Positions 30,359 to 42,483 of a stretch of DNA of 64,000 nt are shown piece after piece. The notes beneath the pieces were generated by a model that searched no databases, had not been told where the DNA came from, and worked only from the letters and a program-made list of their open reading frames with translations. The DNA comes from Bdellovibrionales bacterium. Lineage in GTDB: Bacteria > Bdellovibrionota > Bdellovibrionia > Bdellovibrionales > UBA1609. Numbering within the stretch: the first letter of the stretch is position 1; every line of letters begins with the position of its first letter. The translations under genes and the position numbers were made by a program. Where the stretch lies: positions 1 to 64,000 of the forward strand of contig DAHVQG010000005.1 of the NCBI GenBank assembly GCA_027317865.1. Reading direction: 5' to 3'.

Positions 30359-30800
30359 AGTTATCTCCTTCGGAGTCATCGTCATCGTTCTCGTCATCAT
30401 CCTCATCGTCGTCGTCCTCTTCGTCGTCGTCCTCTTCGTCGTCATCGTTGCGACTTGCGCGCAGAGAAATGCGATCGAGTTTGTCAGGGTCATCCGCTTC
30501 AACTTTAAACAGCCACCCCTCATCTGTTGGGTCTTCTTGCAAAAGCCCGGGATTTTCGAGAACAGCGTCATTTATTTCGATAACTGTGCCGGAGACAGGA
30601 CAATACAAATTTAGATTCCCGTTGTCTGATTCAATATCGCCACAAACTTTGCCGGCAAGAACGGAGTCATCCGCTTCGGGCAAATTAATTGTAATTTGAT
30701 CGGATAAGTCTGAAACGGCCTCGTCGGTAAGGCCAACCGTGACCACGCCGTCTTCAACGGCAATCCATTCGTAGCCCATATAAGTCATTGTGTCGTTCAT
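30351..30800 (-). CDS. GcvH-like protein without lipoyl-lysine, with poly-acidic tail
   Basis: EWIAVE-x4-TVGLTD, IESDNG, PVSGTVIEIN, DP-x2-EGWLFKV. Confidence 0.85.
   Translation of the reverse strand: MNDTMTYMGYEWIAVEDGVVTVGLTDEAVSDLSDQITINLPEADDSVLAGKVCGDIESDNGNLNLYCPVSGTVIEINDAVLENPGLLQEDPTDEGWLFKVEADDPDKLDRISLRASRNDDDEEDDDEEDDDDEDDDENDDDDSEGDNYE
30373..30449 (-). repeat. Asp/Glu low-complexity repeat
   Basis: GAC/GAT/GAA/GAG codon run encoding DDDEEDDDEEDDDDEDDDENDDDD. Confidence 0.85.
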
Positions 30801-30842
30801 TGTGGCTTTGTTTGTGCCACAAACGGCGCGGCTCGGCAAGTA

Positions 30843-30866
30843 AGCTACAGGGAAATTCCTGTAGCT
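30843..30866 (-). terminator. hairpin downstream of glnA
   Basis: AGCTACAGG-6nt-CCTGTAGCT perfect 9-bp stem; weak U tail. Confidence 0.6.
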
Positions 30867-30878
30867 CAGGTCTTACTG

Positions 30879-32294
30879 TTAGAGATCATAGTAAAGATGA
30901 AACTCGTACGGCGAAGGACGAGCTTGCATGGGGCGAATTTCTTTGTCGAATTTGTAAGATGTCCAGGTTTCAAGTAGGTCTTTTGAAAACACGTCGCCCT
31001 TGAGCAAAAACGTGTGATCGGACTCAAGACGAGCCAGGGCCTCTTCAAGTGAGCCGGGGATTGAGGGAATCTTTGCCAACTCCTGCGGCGGTAAACCGTA
31101 AATATCTTTGTCAAGTGGCTCGCCAGGTAAGATTTTGTTCTGTACGCCGTCAATACCTGCCATGAGCATCGCTGCAAACGACAAATATACATTAGCGCTT
31201 GGGTCCGGCGTTCTAAACTCAATGCGTTTTGCCTTGGGGTTAGATCCGCTATTCGGGATGCGAATCGCGGCGGAGCGGTTTTTGTAGGAATAAGCGAGTT
31301 TAATCGGCGCCTCAAAGCCCGGAACTAACCGCTTGTATGAATTAGTCGTTGGATTTGTAAATGCGCAGGTGGCGGGAGCATGCTTTAGAACGCCACCTAT
31401 GAAATAGAGGGCAAGATCTGAAAGTCCAGCATATTTGTCGCCGGCAAACAGTGGCTCGCCGTTTTTCCACAATGACATGTGGGTATGCATGCCTGAACCG
31501 TTGTCGCCAAAAATAGGTTTGGGCATAAACGTCGCGGTTTTGCGATGGCGGCGTGCAACGTTTTTCACAATGTATTTAAACCACATCATTTTATCGGCCA
31601 TTTCGAGAATTGAATCGAATCGGATATCAATTTCGCCTTGGCCCGCCGTACTGACTTCGTGATGTTGGCGCTCGACGGTCATCCCACATTTTTCAAGCTC
31701 TAAACAAATTTCAGTACGTAAATTATGAGTGGCATCGACTGGAAGTACGGGAAAATAACCCTCTTTGTGGCGAGGCTTGTAACCAAGATTTCGCCCCTCT
31801 TCGTCGCGGCCGGTGTTCCAGGTCGCTTCTTCGGAGTCGAGTTGATAAAATCCGCCATAGGCCGTTTGATCATAGCGAATGTCGTCGAAAATAAAAAATT
31901 CGGCCTCGGGTCCAAAATTGGCAACGTCGGCGATGCCGCTTGATTTTAAATACGCGACAGCGCGCTTAACTATATTGCGCGGATCGCGTGCATAAGGCTC
32001 GCCCGTGTCTGGGCTCACGACATCACAGATAAGTGAAAGGGTCGGCACTTCCATAAAAGGATCGATTTTAGCCGTTTTTGGATCCGGCACGACATACATG
32101 TCCGAGTCATTGATACTCTTCCAACCGCGAATCGAACTGCCATCAAATCCTAGGCCGCTCTCAAAAACTTCTTCGTTTAATTCATATAGTGGGATTGTAA
32201 AATGTTGCCAGGTGCCCGGTAGGTCGACAAATTTTAAGTCGACCATTTTTACTCCGCGATCTTTAGCATATTTTATCACTTCGGTCGGGGTCAT
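30879..32294 (-). CDS. glnA: glutamine synthetase type I
   Basis: [39 protein letters not shown] adenylylation Tyr. Confidence 0.98.
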   Translation of the reverse strand: MTPTEVIKYAKDRGVKMVDLKFVDLPGTWQHFTIPLYELNEEVFESGLGFDGSSIRGWKSINDSDMYVVPDPKTAKIDPFMEVPTLSLICDVVSPDTGEPYARDPRNIVKRAVAYLKSSGIADVANFGPEAEFFIFDDIRYDQTAYGGFYQLDSEEATWNTGRDEEGRNLGYKPRHKEGYFPVLPVDATHNLRTEICLELEKCGMTVERQHHEVSTAGQGEIDIRFDSILEMADKMMWFKYIVKNVARRHRKTATFMPKPIFGDNGSGMHTHMSLWKNGEPLFAGDKYAGLSDLALYFIGGVLKHAPATCAFTNPTTNSYKRLVPGFEAPIKLAYSYKNRSAAIRIPNSGSNPKAKRIEFRTPDPSANVYLSFAAMLMAGIDGVQNKILPGEPLDKDIYGLPPQELAKIPSIPGSLEEALARLESDHTFLLKGDVFSKDLLETWTSYKFDKEIRPMQARPSPYEFHLYYDL

Positions 32295-32347
32295 GGAGCC
32301 TCCTTGTTTTTTAAAAGTTCATTACAAATTCAAAATTTTCTCGGCAC

Positions 32348-33452
<1,105 letters not shown>

Positions 33453-33468
33453 GGTTTTTGCGGGTATT

Positions 33469-33984
33469 ATGAGCCACTATTCTCAGACCCTTTTTGATGT
33501 TGTCTTGATTGAGCCAGAGATCCCCAACAATACCGGTAATATCGGACGAACTTGTGTGGGATTATGGTCAAGGCTTCATTTGGTCGGTCCGCTTGGCTTT
33601 TCTATTGATGATAAGCAAGTTCGCCGGGCCGGCCTTGATTACTGGCCAAATTTGGACCTTGTTTATCATCCAACGAGGCAGAGCTGGCTAAAAAGCTTGG
33701 AGCCCGGCCAACGAGTTCACCTCATAGAAACAACCGGCGAGAAGACAATTTTCGATATTGAGTTTCGACCGGGCGATGCGCTTGTATTTGGCAAAGAAAC
33801 GAAGGGCATGCCAAGCGACATTCTCGGCCACTTTGAAGATCATGTGTATCGCATCCCGTTCCCCGGCAAAATTCGTAGTTTTAATTTGGCAAATTGCGTG
33901 GCGATGGTTATGGGAGAAGCGCTACGTCAGCTCATTCAAGCTGGCTACACGACAGGCATAGACAGGTCGCGCCTAAAATTATAA
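33469..33984 (+). CDS. trmL: tRNA (cytidine/uridine-34 2'-O)-methyltransferase
   Basis: PEIPNNTGNIGR, RRAGLDYW, FGKETKG, RSFNLAN. Confidence 0.95.
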   Translation: MSHYSQTLFDVVLIEPEIPNNTGNIGRTCVGLWSRLHLVGPLGFSIDDKQVRRAGLDYWPNLDLVYHPTRQSWLKSLEPGQRVHLIETTGEKTIFDIEFRPGDALVFGKETKGMPSDILGHFEDHVYRIPFPGKIRSFNLANCVAMVMGEALRQLIQAGYTTGIDRSRLKL

Positions 33985-33987
33985 AGT
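33959..33987 (+). promoter_or_regulatory. sigma70 promoter of leaderless secA
   Basis: TAGACA-17bp-TAAAGT, 6 nt before ATG 33994; no SD. Confidence 0.6.
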
Positions 33988-33993
33988 CATCTG

Positions 33994-36765
33994 ATGATCA
34001 ATAAGTTATTTAAGAAGGTTGTAGGGACAAGCCATGAGCGCGAAATGCGCCGCTTGCGCCCGACAGTCGAGCACATCGCAACGTTCGAATCGAAGCTACA
34101 GGGGCTAAGCGATGCCGAACTCAAAGCAAAAACCCCTGAATTTAAAGAACGAATTTCGCGGGGTGAAAAACTCGAAGAGTTATTGCCCGAAGCCTTTGCG
34201 GTCGTGCGTGAAGCCTCAAAGCGTACGCTTGGCATGCGCCACTACGACGTGCAAATGATCGGCGGGATTGTTTTGTTTCGCGGCGGTATTGCTGAAATGC
34301 GAACGGGTGAGGGCAAAACTCTGGTTGCCACCCTGCCCCTTTATTTAAACGCTTTAACGGGTAAAGGCGCGCATCTTGTTACCGTTAACGATTATCTTGC
34401 GAAACGCGACTGCGAGTGGATGGGTCAGATTTATCATTATCTCGGCCTTACTACGGGCACAATTGTGCACGAAAAAACAGACGAAGAACGCAAAATAGAA
34501 TACGCGGCCGATATTACGTACGGGACGAATAACGAATTTGGCTTTGATTATTTACGCGACAATATGAAGTTTGACCTTTCCGATTACGTGCAAAGGCCAC
34601 ATCACTTTGCCATTGTTGACGAGTGCGATTCAATTTTGGTCGACGAGGCGAGAACTCCGCTTATTATTTCAGGGCCATCTGAGGAATCGACTGACAAATA
34701 CGAAAAAATCGATCGAATCATCCCTCAGTTGAAACTCGACGAGCATTTTACAATGGAGGAGAAAACCAAAACGGTTTCGCTTACCGAAGAAGGCAACACA
34801 AAATGCGAAGAGCTTCTCGGGGTCGACAATCTTTATGATCCGCAGCACATCGAACTTGTACACCACATTTATCAAGGTTTAAAGGCCCACCACCTTTATC
34901 ATCGCGACGTCGATTACATGGTCGTCAATGGCGAAATCGTGATCGTTGACGAGTTTACGGGGCGTCTCATGCCCGGCCGGCGTTGGAGCGATGGCATGCA
35001 CCAAGCGATCGAAGCCAAAGAACACGTGCCGATTCGAAGTGAAAACCAAACCCTCGCGACGATTACGTTTCAAAACTATTTTAGGATGTATGAAAGATTG
35101 TCGGGTATGACGGGCACCGCTGAGACCGAAGCGGTCGAATTCAAGAAAATTTATAACCTTGATGTAACAGTAATTCCGACAAATAGGCCCATTAGGCGAT
35201 TTGATCACGAAGACATCGTGTACAAAAATGAAAACGCGAAATATCGGGCTATCGTTCGTGACATTCAGGAACGAAATCAAAAAGGCCAGCCCGTGCTGGT
35301 TGGTACGGTAAGCATTGAGAGATCTGAAAAGCTAAGTCGGTTTTTAAAAAATGATGGGATCACCCATAATGTATTAAACGCGAAACAACACGAGCGCGAA
35401 GCTGAAATTGTCGCGCAAGCGGGTCGAAAAGGCGCGATCACGATTGCCACAAATATGGCCGGCCGCGGGACGGACATCGTGCTTGGTGGTAATGCCGAAT
35501 TTTTGGCGCGTGCGGAATTGCGGCGCGCTTCAGGCGGCAAAGAAGTCGACTCAAACCGCAATGAATTCAAGCAAGTGCTTGAAAAGTACAAAGTCCAATG
35601 TGCGGCAGAAAAAGAAGAAGTGGTGGCGGCCGGCGGGCTCTATATTATCGGAACAGAACGCCATGAGGCGCGCCGTATCGACAATCAATTGCGTGGTCGG
35701 TCGGGACGACAAGGCGACCCAGGGGAGTCGCGATTTTATTTGTCTCTTGAAGACGATCTCATGCGTAAATTTAACGGTGAGCGCATCCAAAAAATTATGA
35801 CGATGTTAAAGGTTCCAGAGGATGAACCAATTACCGCGCGCATGGTGACAAATGCCATAGAAGGAGCGCAACGCAAAGTTGAAGGGCACAACTTTGATAT
35901 TCGTAAGCATCTTCTTGAGTACGACGATGTCATGAATAAACAGCGCACCGCAATTTATGGGCTTCGCCGCGAAATTTTAAACGGAAAGCCAGAAGATCTC
36001 GAGCGCATTATTTTAGATTTTCTTGGTGACACAACGTCGCGTACGCTTGAGCAATTTGCTCCCGAAAAAGGCAAGCCGTCCGATTGGGATCTGTCCGGTC
36101 TTCGAACGGCGTTGCAAAAACAATTTGGCATTGACCTTGAATTTGATCATTCAACGGCAACCGTTGAGAGTCTTACTAACGCTGTTCGCGATGAAGTAAA
36201 GCGCACTTACGACCAGCAGAAGAAGGAAATTGGCGAGCATTGGCCGCAGATGCAAAAAATGATTTTGCTCCAAACGCTCGATATGCGTTGGAAGGATCAC
36301 CTTAAAATCATTGATTACTTGCAAGATGCTGTTCGGCTTCGTTTTACCGCGCAACAGGATCCGCTTGTACAGTACAAGACCGAGGGTTTTGCGGCATTTG
36401 AACGGATGAATGAAGTCATCGCTTCAGAAGTGATTGAAAAACTCATCAAGGTTCGCATTCTATCTCCCGAAGAAGCGGAAGAGGCAAATCGCTTTGAAAT
36501 GGAATGGCGAAGACGACAAGGGCAACAACAGTTCAACTATCAAGGCAGCGAGGCGTCAGAGGGCGCAAGCTTTTTAAACCAAGCTCCGGGCGTAAATGCC
36601 GCAACTCAAAGTGGTTCTGAAAGAAATGGGGCTGGCTACGGTGCATCTCCAGCGGGCATGCCATCTGAGGCCGAGTTTGCGCGCGATGATATGATGAATT
36701 CCGAGCCAAAAATGAACCGCGCTCAGCGTCGCGCAATGGAGCGAAAAAAGCATAAGAGGGCGTAG
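33994..36765 (+). CDS. secA: preprotein translocase ATPase SecA
   Basis: [53 protein letters not shown]. Confidence 0.99.
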   Translation: MINKLFKKVVGTSHEREMRRLRPTVEHIATFESKLQGLSDAELKAKTPEFKERISRGEKLEELLPEAFAVVREASKRTLGMRHYDVQMIGGIVLFRGGIAEMRTGEGKTLVATLPLYLNALTGKGAHLVTVNDYLAKRDCEWMGQIYHYLGLTTGTIVHEKTDEERKIEYAADITYGTNNEFGFDYLRDNMKFDLSDYVQRPHHFAIVDECDSILVDEARTPLIISGPSEESTDKYEKIDRIIPQLKLDEHFTMEEKTKTVSLTEEGNTKCEELLGVDNLYDPQHIELVHHIYQGLKAHHLYHRDVDYMVVNGEIVIVDEFTGRLMPGRRWSDGMHQAIEAKEHVPIRSENQTLATITFQNYFRMYERLSGMTGTAETEAVEFKKIYNLDVTVIPTNRPIRRFDHEDIVYKNENAKYRAIVRDIQERNQKGQPVLVGTVSIERSEKLSRFLKNDGITHNVLNAKQHEREAEIVAQAGRKGAITIATNMAGRGTDIVLGGNAEFLARAELRRASGGKEVDSNRNEFKQVLEKYKVQCAAEKEEVVAAGGLYIIGTERHEARRIDNQLRGRSGRQGDPGESRFYLSLEDDLMRKFNGERIQKIMTMLKVPEDEPITARMVTNAIEGAQRKVEGHNFDIRKHLLEYDDVMNKQRTAIYGLRREILNGKPEDLERIILDFLGDTTSRTLEQFAPEKGKPSDWDLSGLRTALQKQFGIDLEFDHSTATVESLTNAVRDEVKRTYDQQKKEIGEHWPQMQKMILLQTLDMRWKDHLKIIDYLQDAVRLRFTAQQDPLVQYKTEGFAAFERMNEVIASEVIEKLIKVRILSPEEAEEANRFEMEWRRRQGQQQFNYQGSEASEGASFLNQAPGVNAATQSGSERNGAGYGASPAGMPSEAEFARDDMMNSEPKMNRAQRRAMERKKHKRA

Positions 36766-36766
36766 A

Positions 36767-37324
36767 GTGAGCATAAAGTGCCCGTTGTGTCAGGCCGAAA
36801 TTAATTCCGACGCTTTTGGTTTAATTACGTGTCCAAGCTGCGGGGGGCAAATCGTGGTCGGGATGGATGACGAGATTGCCGACGCCGACGCTAGTCACGA
36901 TGAAATTCAGCCACAAATTGAAGGTCAAACCGACGCAAGTGAAGCGGCGAGCGCTCCCGAGCCGATAGATAATGAAACAGTTTCGCCGACTGAGATAAAA
37001 TCAGTTGAGCCCACAAATAATGCCGGCGACCTTGCCGATATTGCTGAATACGGTAACTCCCCCGAATCGCAGGCGCGTGAGGGTCTGTTGAGGTTTAATA
37101 TTTGCCTAACAAATATTGACACTTCGGATGTGCGAAAATCTGTGCGTGAAGTTCTTGAAGATCCTAGATTTTTGTTTGACGTCGAAGCCATTTTGCACTC
37201 GATTCGAGATGGAGTAGTGAAAATTTCAGACGTGACTCCCGTGAAGGCGGCGGTGTTAATTCAAAGGCTTCGCGGTTTGCCGGTCGGAATAACTTGGGAG
37301 CAATATGCGATTCATTCACCCTAA
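36767..37324 (+). CDS. zinc-ribbon protein
   Basis: CPLC-x12-CPSC N-terminus, acidic linker, C-terminal alpha/beta domain. Confidence 0.75.
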   Translation: MSIKCPLCQAEINSDAFGLITCPSCGGQIVVGMDDEIADADASHDEIQPQIEGQTDASEAASAPEPIDNETVSPTEIKSVEPTNNAGDLADIAEYGNSPESQAREGLLRFNICLTNIDTSDVRKSVREVLEDPRFLFDVEAILHSIRDGVVKISDVTPVKAAVLIQRLRGLPVGITWEQYAIHSP

Positions 37325-37892
37325 AGCGGAGTTGAACTTTATAAAAATGGCGATTGTCGCCGTTGTCATTGCAGGTGGGATTGCGGTACGCGCGAATGCC
37401 GAAGGTGCGGATCGTGAATGGGCGGTGCGAATCACACGTCTAAACAAACTTCAGGCTCGTATTCAATCTGATAAAAAAACACTGCTTTCGGCAATTGTGG
37501 CAAAGAGGTCCGGCAATCACTACGTCATTTCTAATAGTAAGAAGATCGGTGTTTTAAAAGAAATCGTGAAATCTTATAAAGACATGATGCACTCGATGGA
37601 TCAATACAATCATCAGACAGAAATTCTCAAATATGAGTATCCGGAAGAAGGGGCGGCAATCGACCGGCATTATTTATTAATGCACAAAAAGCCCCTTCAC
37701 GAATATGAGACGCAATCGGGCCTCGAGGGTGAACTCACAGCCCTAAAAAATAATATAGATAAAAAATACGAGCCGATCATGGGCCGCCCCCTTAAGCCTA
37801 CAGTTGAACAAATCAATCGCGCGCACGGCATCTTACCGGCGCAACCTAAAGAAAACAAAAATTCTGCCGGGCGATTGAAGTTAAGCGAATAG
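37305..37892 (+). CDS. hypothetical exported helical protein
   Basis: Signal peptide ANA|E; basic; overlaps the upstream gene. Confidence 0.7.
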   Translation: MRFIHPKAELNFIKMAIVAVVIAGGIAVRANAEGADREWAVRITRLNKLQARIQSDKKTLLSAIVAKRSGNHYVISNSKKIGVLKEIVKSYKDMMHSMDQYNHQTEILKYEYPEEGAAIDRHYLLMHKKPLHEYETQSGLEGELTALKNNIDKKYEPIMGRPLKPTVEQINRAHGILPAQPKENKNSAGRLKLSE

Positions 37893-37927
37893 CGACCGGG
37901 AAAAGCTTTACAAATTAGAAATACTGA

Positions 37928-38266
37928 TTATTGGCCAACGGGCTGAAAGTGCCCCGACGATTTGTTGGGGAGTTTGTTGGGGCGCCCCACATAAGTGACA
38001 CGATTGTGTGCAAAAAACACATCCGTTGTAACAAATTTATGATTGGTACCGTCGTCGGTCTCGTATACCCACCGATCCTGATTAAGACGCCGGTCCGAAA
38101 TCTTTGGGCTACCTGCAATATTTAGAACTTCCGACTTTGACATGCCAACACGAATTTGGCGCAGGGCCTGGCTTTCGGGCAGACTTGAACAACCAAACAG
38201 CGCACTACAACAACAAGCGGCAATAATTATTTTCAGATTGTGTCGAATGATCTTTTCGTGTTTCAC
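37928..38266 (-). CDS. BamE/SmpA-family outer membrane lipoprotein
   Basis: Lipobox LFGC; IRVGMSKSEVLNIAGSP...WVY; TAAGCT 6 nt before GTG. Confidence 0.8.
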   Translation of the reverse strand: MKHEKIIRHNLKIIIAACCCSALFGCSSLPESQALRQIRVGMSKSEVLNIAGSPKISDRRLNQDRWVYETDDGTNHKFVTTDVFFAHNRVTYVGRPNKLPNKSSGHFQPVGQ

Positions 38267-38443
38267 AAACACAGCTTACGCACAATTTTTTTGGGCGACT
38301 AGTAATCGCAGCCGCCAACGCGTTGCAAAATTTGAGTCATCTTTACTCAATTTATGCCAAATTGTTCAACATTAGTGACTTGTTATTGTTTTGCATTTAT
38401 ATGTGAAAACACAAAACAAGATTTTTCAGCCGAAGAGAGTCTT

Positions 38444-38998
38444 ATGTCTAGTGATCAAGATGACTACGACAAAGGCGGCCTGATTGCCTTTGTCTTCGCG
38501 ATGGGTTTTAGCATTTTATTTATCACCTACATTGCATTCTTTCACAAGGGCGTTGACCTGAAAGAAATCCCAACGGGTCACGAAACTGCGACAACCCAAA
38601 TGCCCTTAGCAACGGCCGGTGGCGTGAAAGATGTCGACGTTTCAGGCATTACCAATCCATGGGTTCCTAACCCAAAAATGGTTCAACACGGCCATTTCGT
38701 GTTTGAACAAAACTGTACGATGTGCCATGGCCCACAAGGGTTAGGTAACGGTCCAGCGGCAGCAACACTTAATCCGCATCCGCGCAATCTCGTCAAAGGG
38801 CACTGGCATTCGAAGGGCGATTCGATCGCGTTATTCAAAGTCTTGCAAAAGGGTATCCCCGGCAGTGCGATGCCTTCATGGAAGGCCTTGCCCGTTAAGG
38901 ATCGTTGGGCGCTTGTGCAATTCATTCGGTCAATTACGCACAATAAAGTTCCTGACAATCCTGCCGAACTTGCGGAGTTTGCGAAGACTGCAAATTAA
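38444..38998 (+). CDS. membrane-anchored monoheme cytochrome c
   Basis: TM helix, CTMCHGPQGLGNGP, PRNL, GIPGSAMP. Confidence 0.9.
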   Translation: MSSDQDDYDKGGLIAFVFAMGFSILFITYIAFFHKGVDLKEIPTGHETATTQMPLATAGGVKDVDVSGITNPWVPNPKMVQHGHFVFEQNCTMCHGPQGLGNGPAAATLNPHPRNLVKGHWHSKGDSIALFKVLQKGIPGSAMPSWKALPVKDRWALVQFIRSITHNKVPDNPAELAEFAKTAN

Positions 38999-39000
38999 AA

Positions 39001-39894
39001 ATGATTAAAGGCGAAAGAATGCTACGAAAGTTAATGACATCGATTGTGGTTGTTTTTTTAGCCATTCCATCGACGGCCATTGCTGCGGAAGCATATCCCG
39101 GCGAGAACGAATCACAGGTCGCCTCAACTGTCGTGCCCCAACAATTGCAAGGCGTGGGCATCACCCAACATTTGGGTAAAAAAATTGATCTCAATTTGCA
39201 GTTCACCAGCTCGAGCGGGAAGACGCATAAACTTGCCGATTTTTTTAATCATAAACATCCCGTTGTAATGGCGATGGTCTATTACCGCTGCAGAAACCTT
39301 TGTGGATATTTAATGATGGGTCTTGCCCATACATTTAAAAAAATGAAGGTTAAGGCTGGCAAATTCTACAGCGTGATTATCGTAAGCATGGATCCGACTG
39401 AAACACCCAAAATGGCTGCGGCAAAGAAATCTATGATTATGAAAGCGTTGGGCGAGCCAGGCGCGGGCAAGCACTGGCATTTTATGGTGGGCAATAAAGC
39501 CAATGTTCATGCGCTCGCTAATGAATTGGGATTTCATTATAAGTGGGACGCGCAACTCAAAGAATTTGCCCATCCAACATCCACTTATATTTTGACATCT
39601 AAAGGTAAAATTACCCGGTATTTGTTTGGTATTGGTTTTCCGGCTGAAACGATGCGCCTTTCGCTCGTTCAGGCGGGGCGCGGTCAAGTCGGGAGATTCA
39701 CGGACGAGCTTGCGCTTTGTTGTTTTCGGTTCAGCTCCGGCGACAACAAATACATTTTGTGGTCGTTTAATCTTATGCGAATCGCCTGCGTTATCACCGT
39801 AATTATTTTAGCAATAGTGTTACTCCCTGCTTGGATTAAAGGACGAAAACGTGGTCCACCTAACAAAACCTCAAATCCGTCAGCAGGGCCCTAA
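39001..39894 (+). CDS. SCO/SenC copper chaperone
   Basis: CRNLC (CxxxC), FAHP His, C-terminal TM; precedes coxB. Confidence 0.9.
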   Translation: MIKGERMLRKLMTSIVVVFLAIPSTAIAAEAYPGENESQVASTVVPQQLQGVGITQHLGKKIDLNLQFTSSSGKTHKLADFFNHKHPVVMAMVYYRCRNLCGYLMMGLAHTFKKMKVKAGKFYSVIIVSMDPTETPKMAAAKKSMIMKALGEPGAGKHWHFMVGNKANVHALANELGFHYKWDAQLKEFAHPTSTYILTSKGKITRYLFGIGFPAETMRLSLVQAGRGQVGRFTDELALCCFRFSSGDNKYILWSFNLMRIACVITVIILAIVLLPAWIKGRKRGPPNKTSNPSAGP

Positions 39895-39906
39895 AGGAGA
39901 GACGAA

Positions 39907-40875
39907 ATGGTTTGGCTTCTGAGTTCAATTCTCCAATCTGTTACGGCGCATGCAAGTTTCAGTTTTTTGCCTCCTGATGGGGATACAATTGCGCCGATGT
40001 TTGACCATTTGTATGAGTTTATGGTCATCATCTGCTCCATTGCCTCGATTTTGGTTATTGGCGGAATGATTTATTTTGCCCTCAAGTACCGCCGTCGCCC
40101 GGGTCAAAAGTCGGCCTACATTACGCACAATACAATGCTTGAGTTCTTGTGGAGCTTTATACCGTTTGTGCTCTTTATGGTGGCGTTTGGTTGGGGTTGG
40201 TACGTTTACTTTCATATGCGAACGGTTCCGAAAAAACACTTTGAGGTTAACGTTATAGCTCAACAGTGGTTGTGGTCGTTCGAATACAATAGCGGCAGGA
40301 TCGAAGCTCGAAATTTGTACGTTCCGGTCAATACGCCTATCGAGCTCATCATGACCTCAAAGGACGTCATTCATAGCTTTTTTGTTCCGGCTTTTAGACA
40401 AAAGCAAGACGTCGTGCCTGGAACTTACACGTATACTTGGTTTGATGCGACCCACGTCGGGACATACGATCTTTTTTGTACGCAATTTTGCGGTGTGGGT
40501 CATTCGTCGATGCTTGGCAAAGTTCATGTGCTAACAAAGGTAGCCTTTGACCATTGGCTTGAGGCCAACCCGAATAAAGGACTGACACCGGTCGAAATTG
40601 GCCACAAGATTTATGAGCAACGGTGCTCAGTCTGCCACAACATTACGACGCAACCGAAAATAGGTCCGGGCTGGGCGCATCTTTATGGTTCGATGGTGCA
40701 ATTGCAGGGGCAACCGCCTCATCGCGCCGACGCGAACTATATTCGAACGCACATTTTGACTCCGGCAAGATACACTGTGAAGGGGTTCCCGAAAGGTGTC
40801 ATGCCGTCCTTTCAGGGGCAGCTAACGGAAACACAAATCAACGGAATAATTGCATTCATCAAGAGTCTCAAATAA
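39907..40875 (+). CDS. coxB: cytochrome c oxidase subunit II with fused cytochrome c (caa3)
   Basis: DVIHSF, CTQFCGVGHSSM CuA site, CSVCH heme, MPSF. Confidence 0.96.
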   Translation: MVWLLSSILQSVTAHASFSFLPPDGDTIAPMFDHLYEFMVIICSIASILVIGGMIYFALKYRRRPGQKSAYITHNTMLEFLWSFIPFVLFMVAFGWGWYVYFHMRTVPKKHFEVNVIAQQWLWSFEYNSGRIEARNLYVPVNTPIELIMTSKDVIHSFFVPAFRQKQDVVPGTYTYTWFDATHVGTYDLFCTQFCGVGHSSMLGKVHVLTKVAFDHWLEANPNKGLTPVEIGHKIYEQRCSVCHNITTQPKIGPGWAHLYGSMVQLQGQPPHRADANYIRTHILTPARYTVKGFPKGVMPSFQGQLTETQINGIIAFIKSLK

Positions 40876-40884
40876 GGAGCCGTC

Positions 40885-42483
40885 ATGTCGAGCGCAACCG
40901 CAACTGCTGAAAAAAGCGATAATTATTTGACCCATGAAAAAGGACTGTGGTCCTGGTTAACGACGCTTGACCACAAGCGAATCGGCATTTTGTACATGGT
41001 TACAGTCATGATTTTTTTCTTATTTGGCGGAATCATGGCGATGCTTATGCGCACCGAGCTTCTCACGCCGTCGCACACGATTATGGGGCCAGAAACTTAT
41101 AACCGGATTCTCACTTATCACGGCACCGTCATGATTTTCATGGTGATTATCCCAGGAATCCCGGCATTTTTGGGGAATTTCGTATTGCCGCTTCAAATCG
41201 GCGCGAAGGATGTCGCCTTCCCGAGGTTAAACCTTTTAAGCTGGTATTGTTTAATTACCGGTGCCACAATTTCACTGTTGTCGTTATTCGCCCACGGGGT
41301 TGACACGGGCTGGACATTCTATACGCCTTATTCGCTAAGAACTCATACCGGTGTGACATTCATGGTGCTTGGCGCATTTGTTATGGGATTTTCATCAATT
41401 TTAACGGGGCTCAATTTTATCGTTACTGTTCATAAGCTGCGCGCGCCGGGCATGACATTTTTTAAGATGCCGCTGTTCGTTTGGGGCATTTACTCAACGG
41501 CGATCATTCAAGTTCTTGCGACTCCCGTTTTGGCGATTACGCTTTTTTTAATTGCGGCTGAAAGGCTCATCGGCGTCGGGATTTTTGATCCGACCATGGG
41601 CGGCGACCCGATATTGTTTGAGCACTTTTTTTGGTTTTATTCGCATCCAGCCGTATACATTATGATCTTGCCTGCGATGGGAATAATAAGCGAATTAATC
41701 ACGACATTTTCGCATAAAACTATTTTCGGATACAAAGCGATAGCGTTTTCATCAATCGGTATTGCCGCCGTTAGTTTTTTTGTGTGGGGGCACCACTTGT
41801 TTGTGTCCGGCCAATCCGAAGTCGTGGGTCTGATATTTTCATTCTTGACGATGCTAGTTGGCGTACCCACTGCGATTAAAGTTTTTAACTGGATAGCAAC
41901 TTTATATAAGGGCCAGATTCAGTTTAAGCCGCCCATGCTTTTTGCTTTTGGCTTTTTGTTTTTGTTCACGATTGGCGGCGTGACAGGGATTATGCTCGCC
42001 ACAATTGCTCTGGATGTACACCTTCACGATACTTACTTCGTTATCGCGCACTTTCACTACGTGATGGTGGGTGGTACTCTCATGGCCCTTATGGGTGGAA
42101 TTTACTATTGGTTCCCCAAGATATTTGGGCGCATGTATAATGAATTTTGGGCGCGGATTACGTTTGTTTTTATTTTTATTGGTTTTAACGTGACGTTTTT
42201 TCCGCAGTTCATTTTAGGCGCGATGGGCATGCCGCGACGGTATTACGCTTATCTGCCGCCATTTGAGTCGCTCAATCGGATTTCGACCATTGGCGCTTAC
42301 ACCATCGGAACCGGTTTTTTGATTGCACTGGCTGTTATACTTCACGGAATTTTTAAAGGTGAAAAAGCGCCCGATAATCCTTGGGGTGCGAGAACATTAG
42401 AGTGGACGACGCCATCACCGCCGCCTCACGATAATTTTGCAGTTGAACCCATCATCACGGCAGGTCCCTATGAGTACCGCTAA
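40885..42483 (+). CDS. coxA: cytochrome c oxidase subunit I, type A2
   Basis: DHKRIG, WFYSHPAVY (YS motif), WGHH, HDTYFVIAHFHY, GMPRRY. Confidence 0.98.
   Translation: MSSATATAEKSDNYLTHEKGLWSWLTTLDHKRIGILYMVTVMIFFLFGGIMAMLMRTELLTPSHTIMGPETYNRILTYHGTVMIFMVIIPGIPAFLGNFVLPLQIGAKDVAFPRLNLLSWYCLITGATISLLSLFAHGVDTGWTFYTPYSLRTHTGVTFMVLGAFVMGFSSILTGLNFIVTVHKLRAPGMTFFKMPLFVWGIYSTAIIQVLATPVLAITLFLIAAERLIGVGIFDPTMGGDPILFEHFFWFYSHPAVYIMILPAMGIISELITTFSHKTIFGYKAIAFSSIGIAAVSFFVWGHHLFVSGQSEVVGLIFSFLTMLVGVPTAIKVFNWIATLYKGQIQFKPPMLFAFGFLFLFTIGGVTGIMLATIALDVHLHDTYFVIAHFHYVMVGGTLMALMGGIYYWFPKIFGRMYNEFWARITFVFIFIGFNVTFFPQFILGAMGMPRRYYAYLPPFESLNRISTIGAYTIGTGFLIALAVILHGIFKGEKAPDNPWGARTLEWTTPSPPPHDNFAVEPIITAGPYEYR

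Noticed and set aside
30359-30571. Thr/Met/Arg-rich N-terminal extension of the 29945 ORF
   Set aside because: Alternative-frame reading of the Asp/Glu repeat; a good RBS precedes ATG 30358
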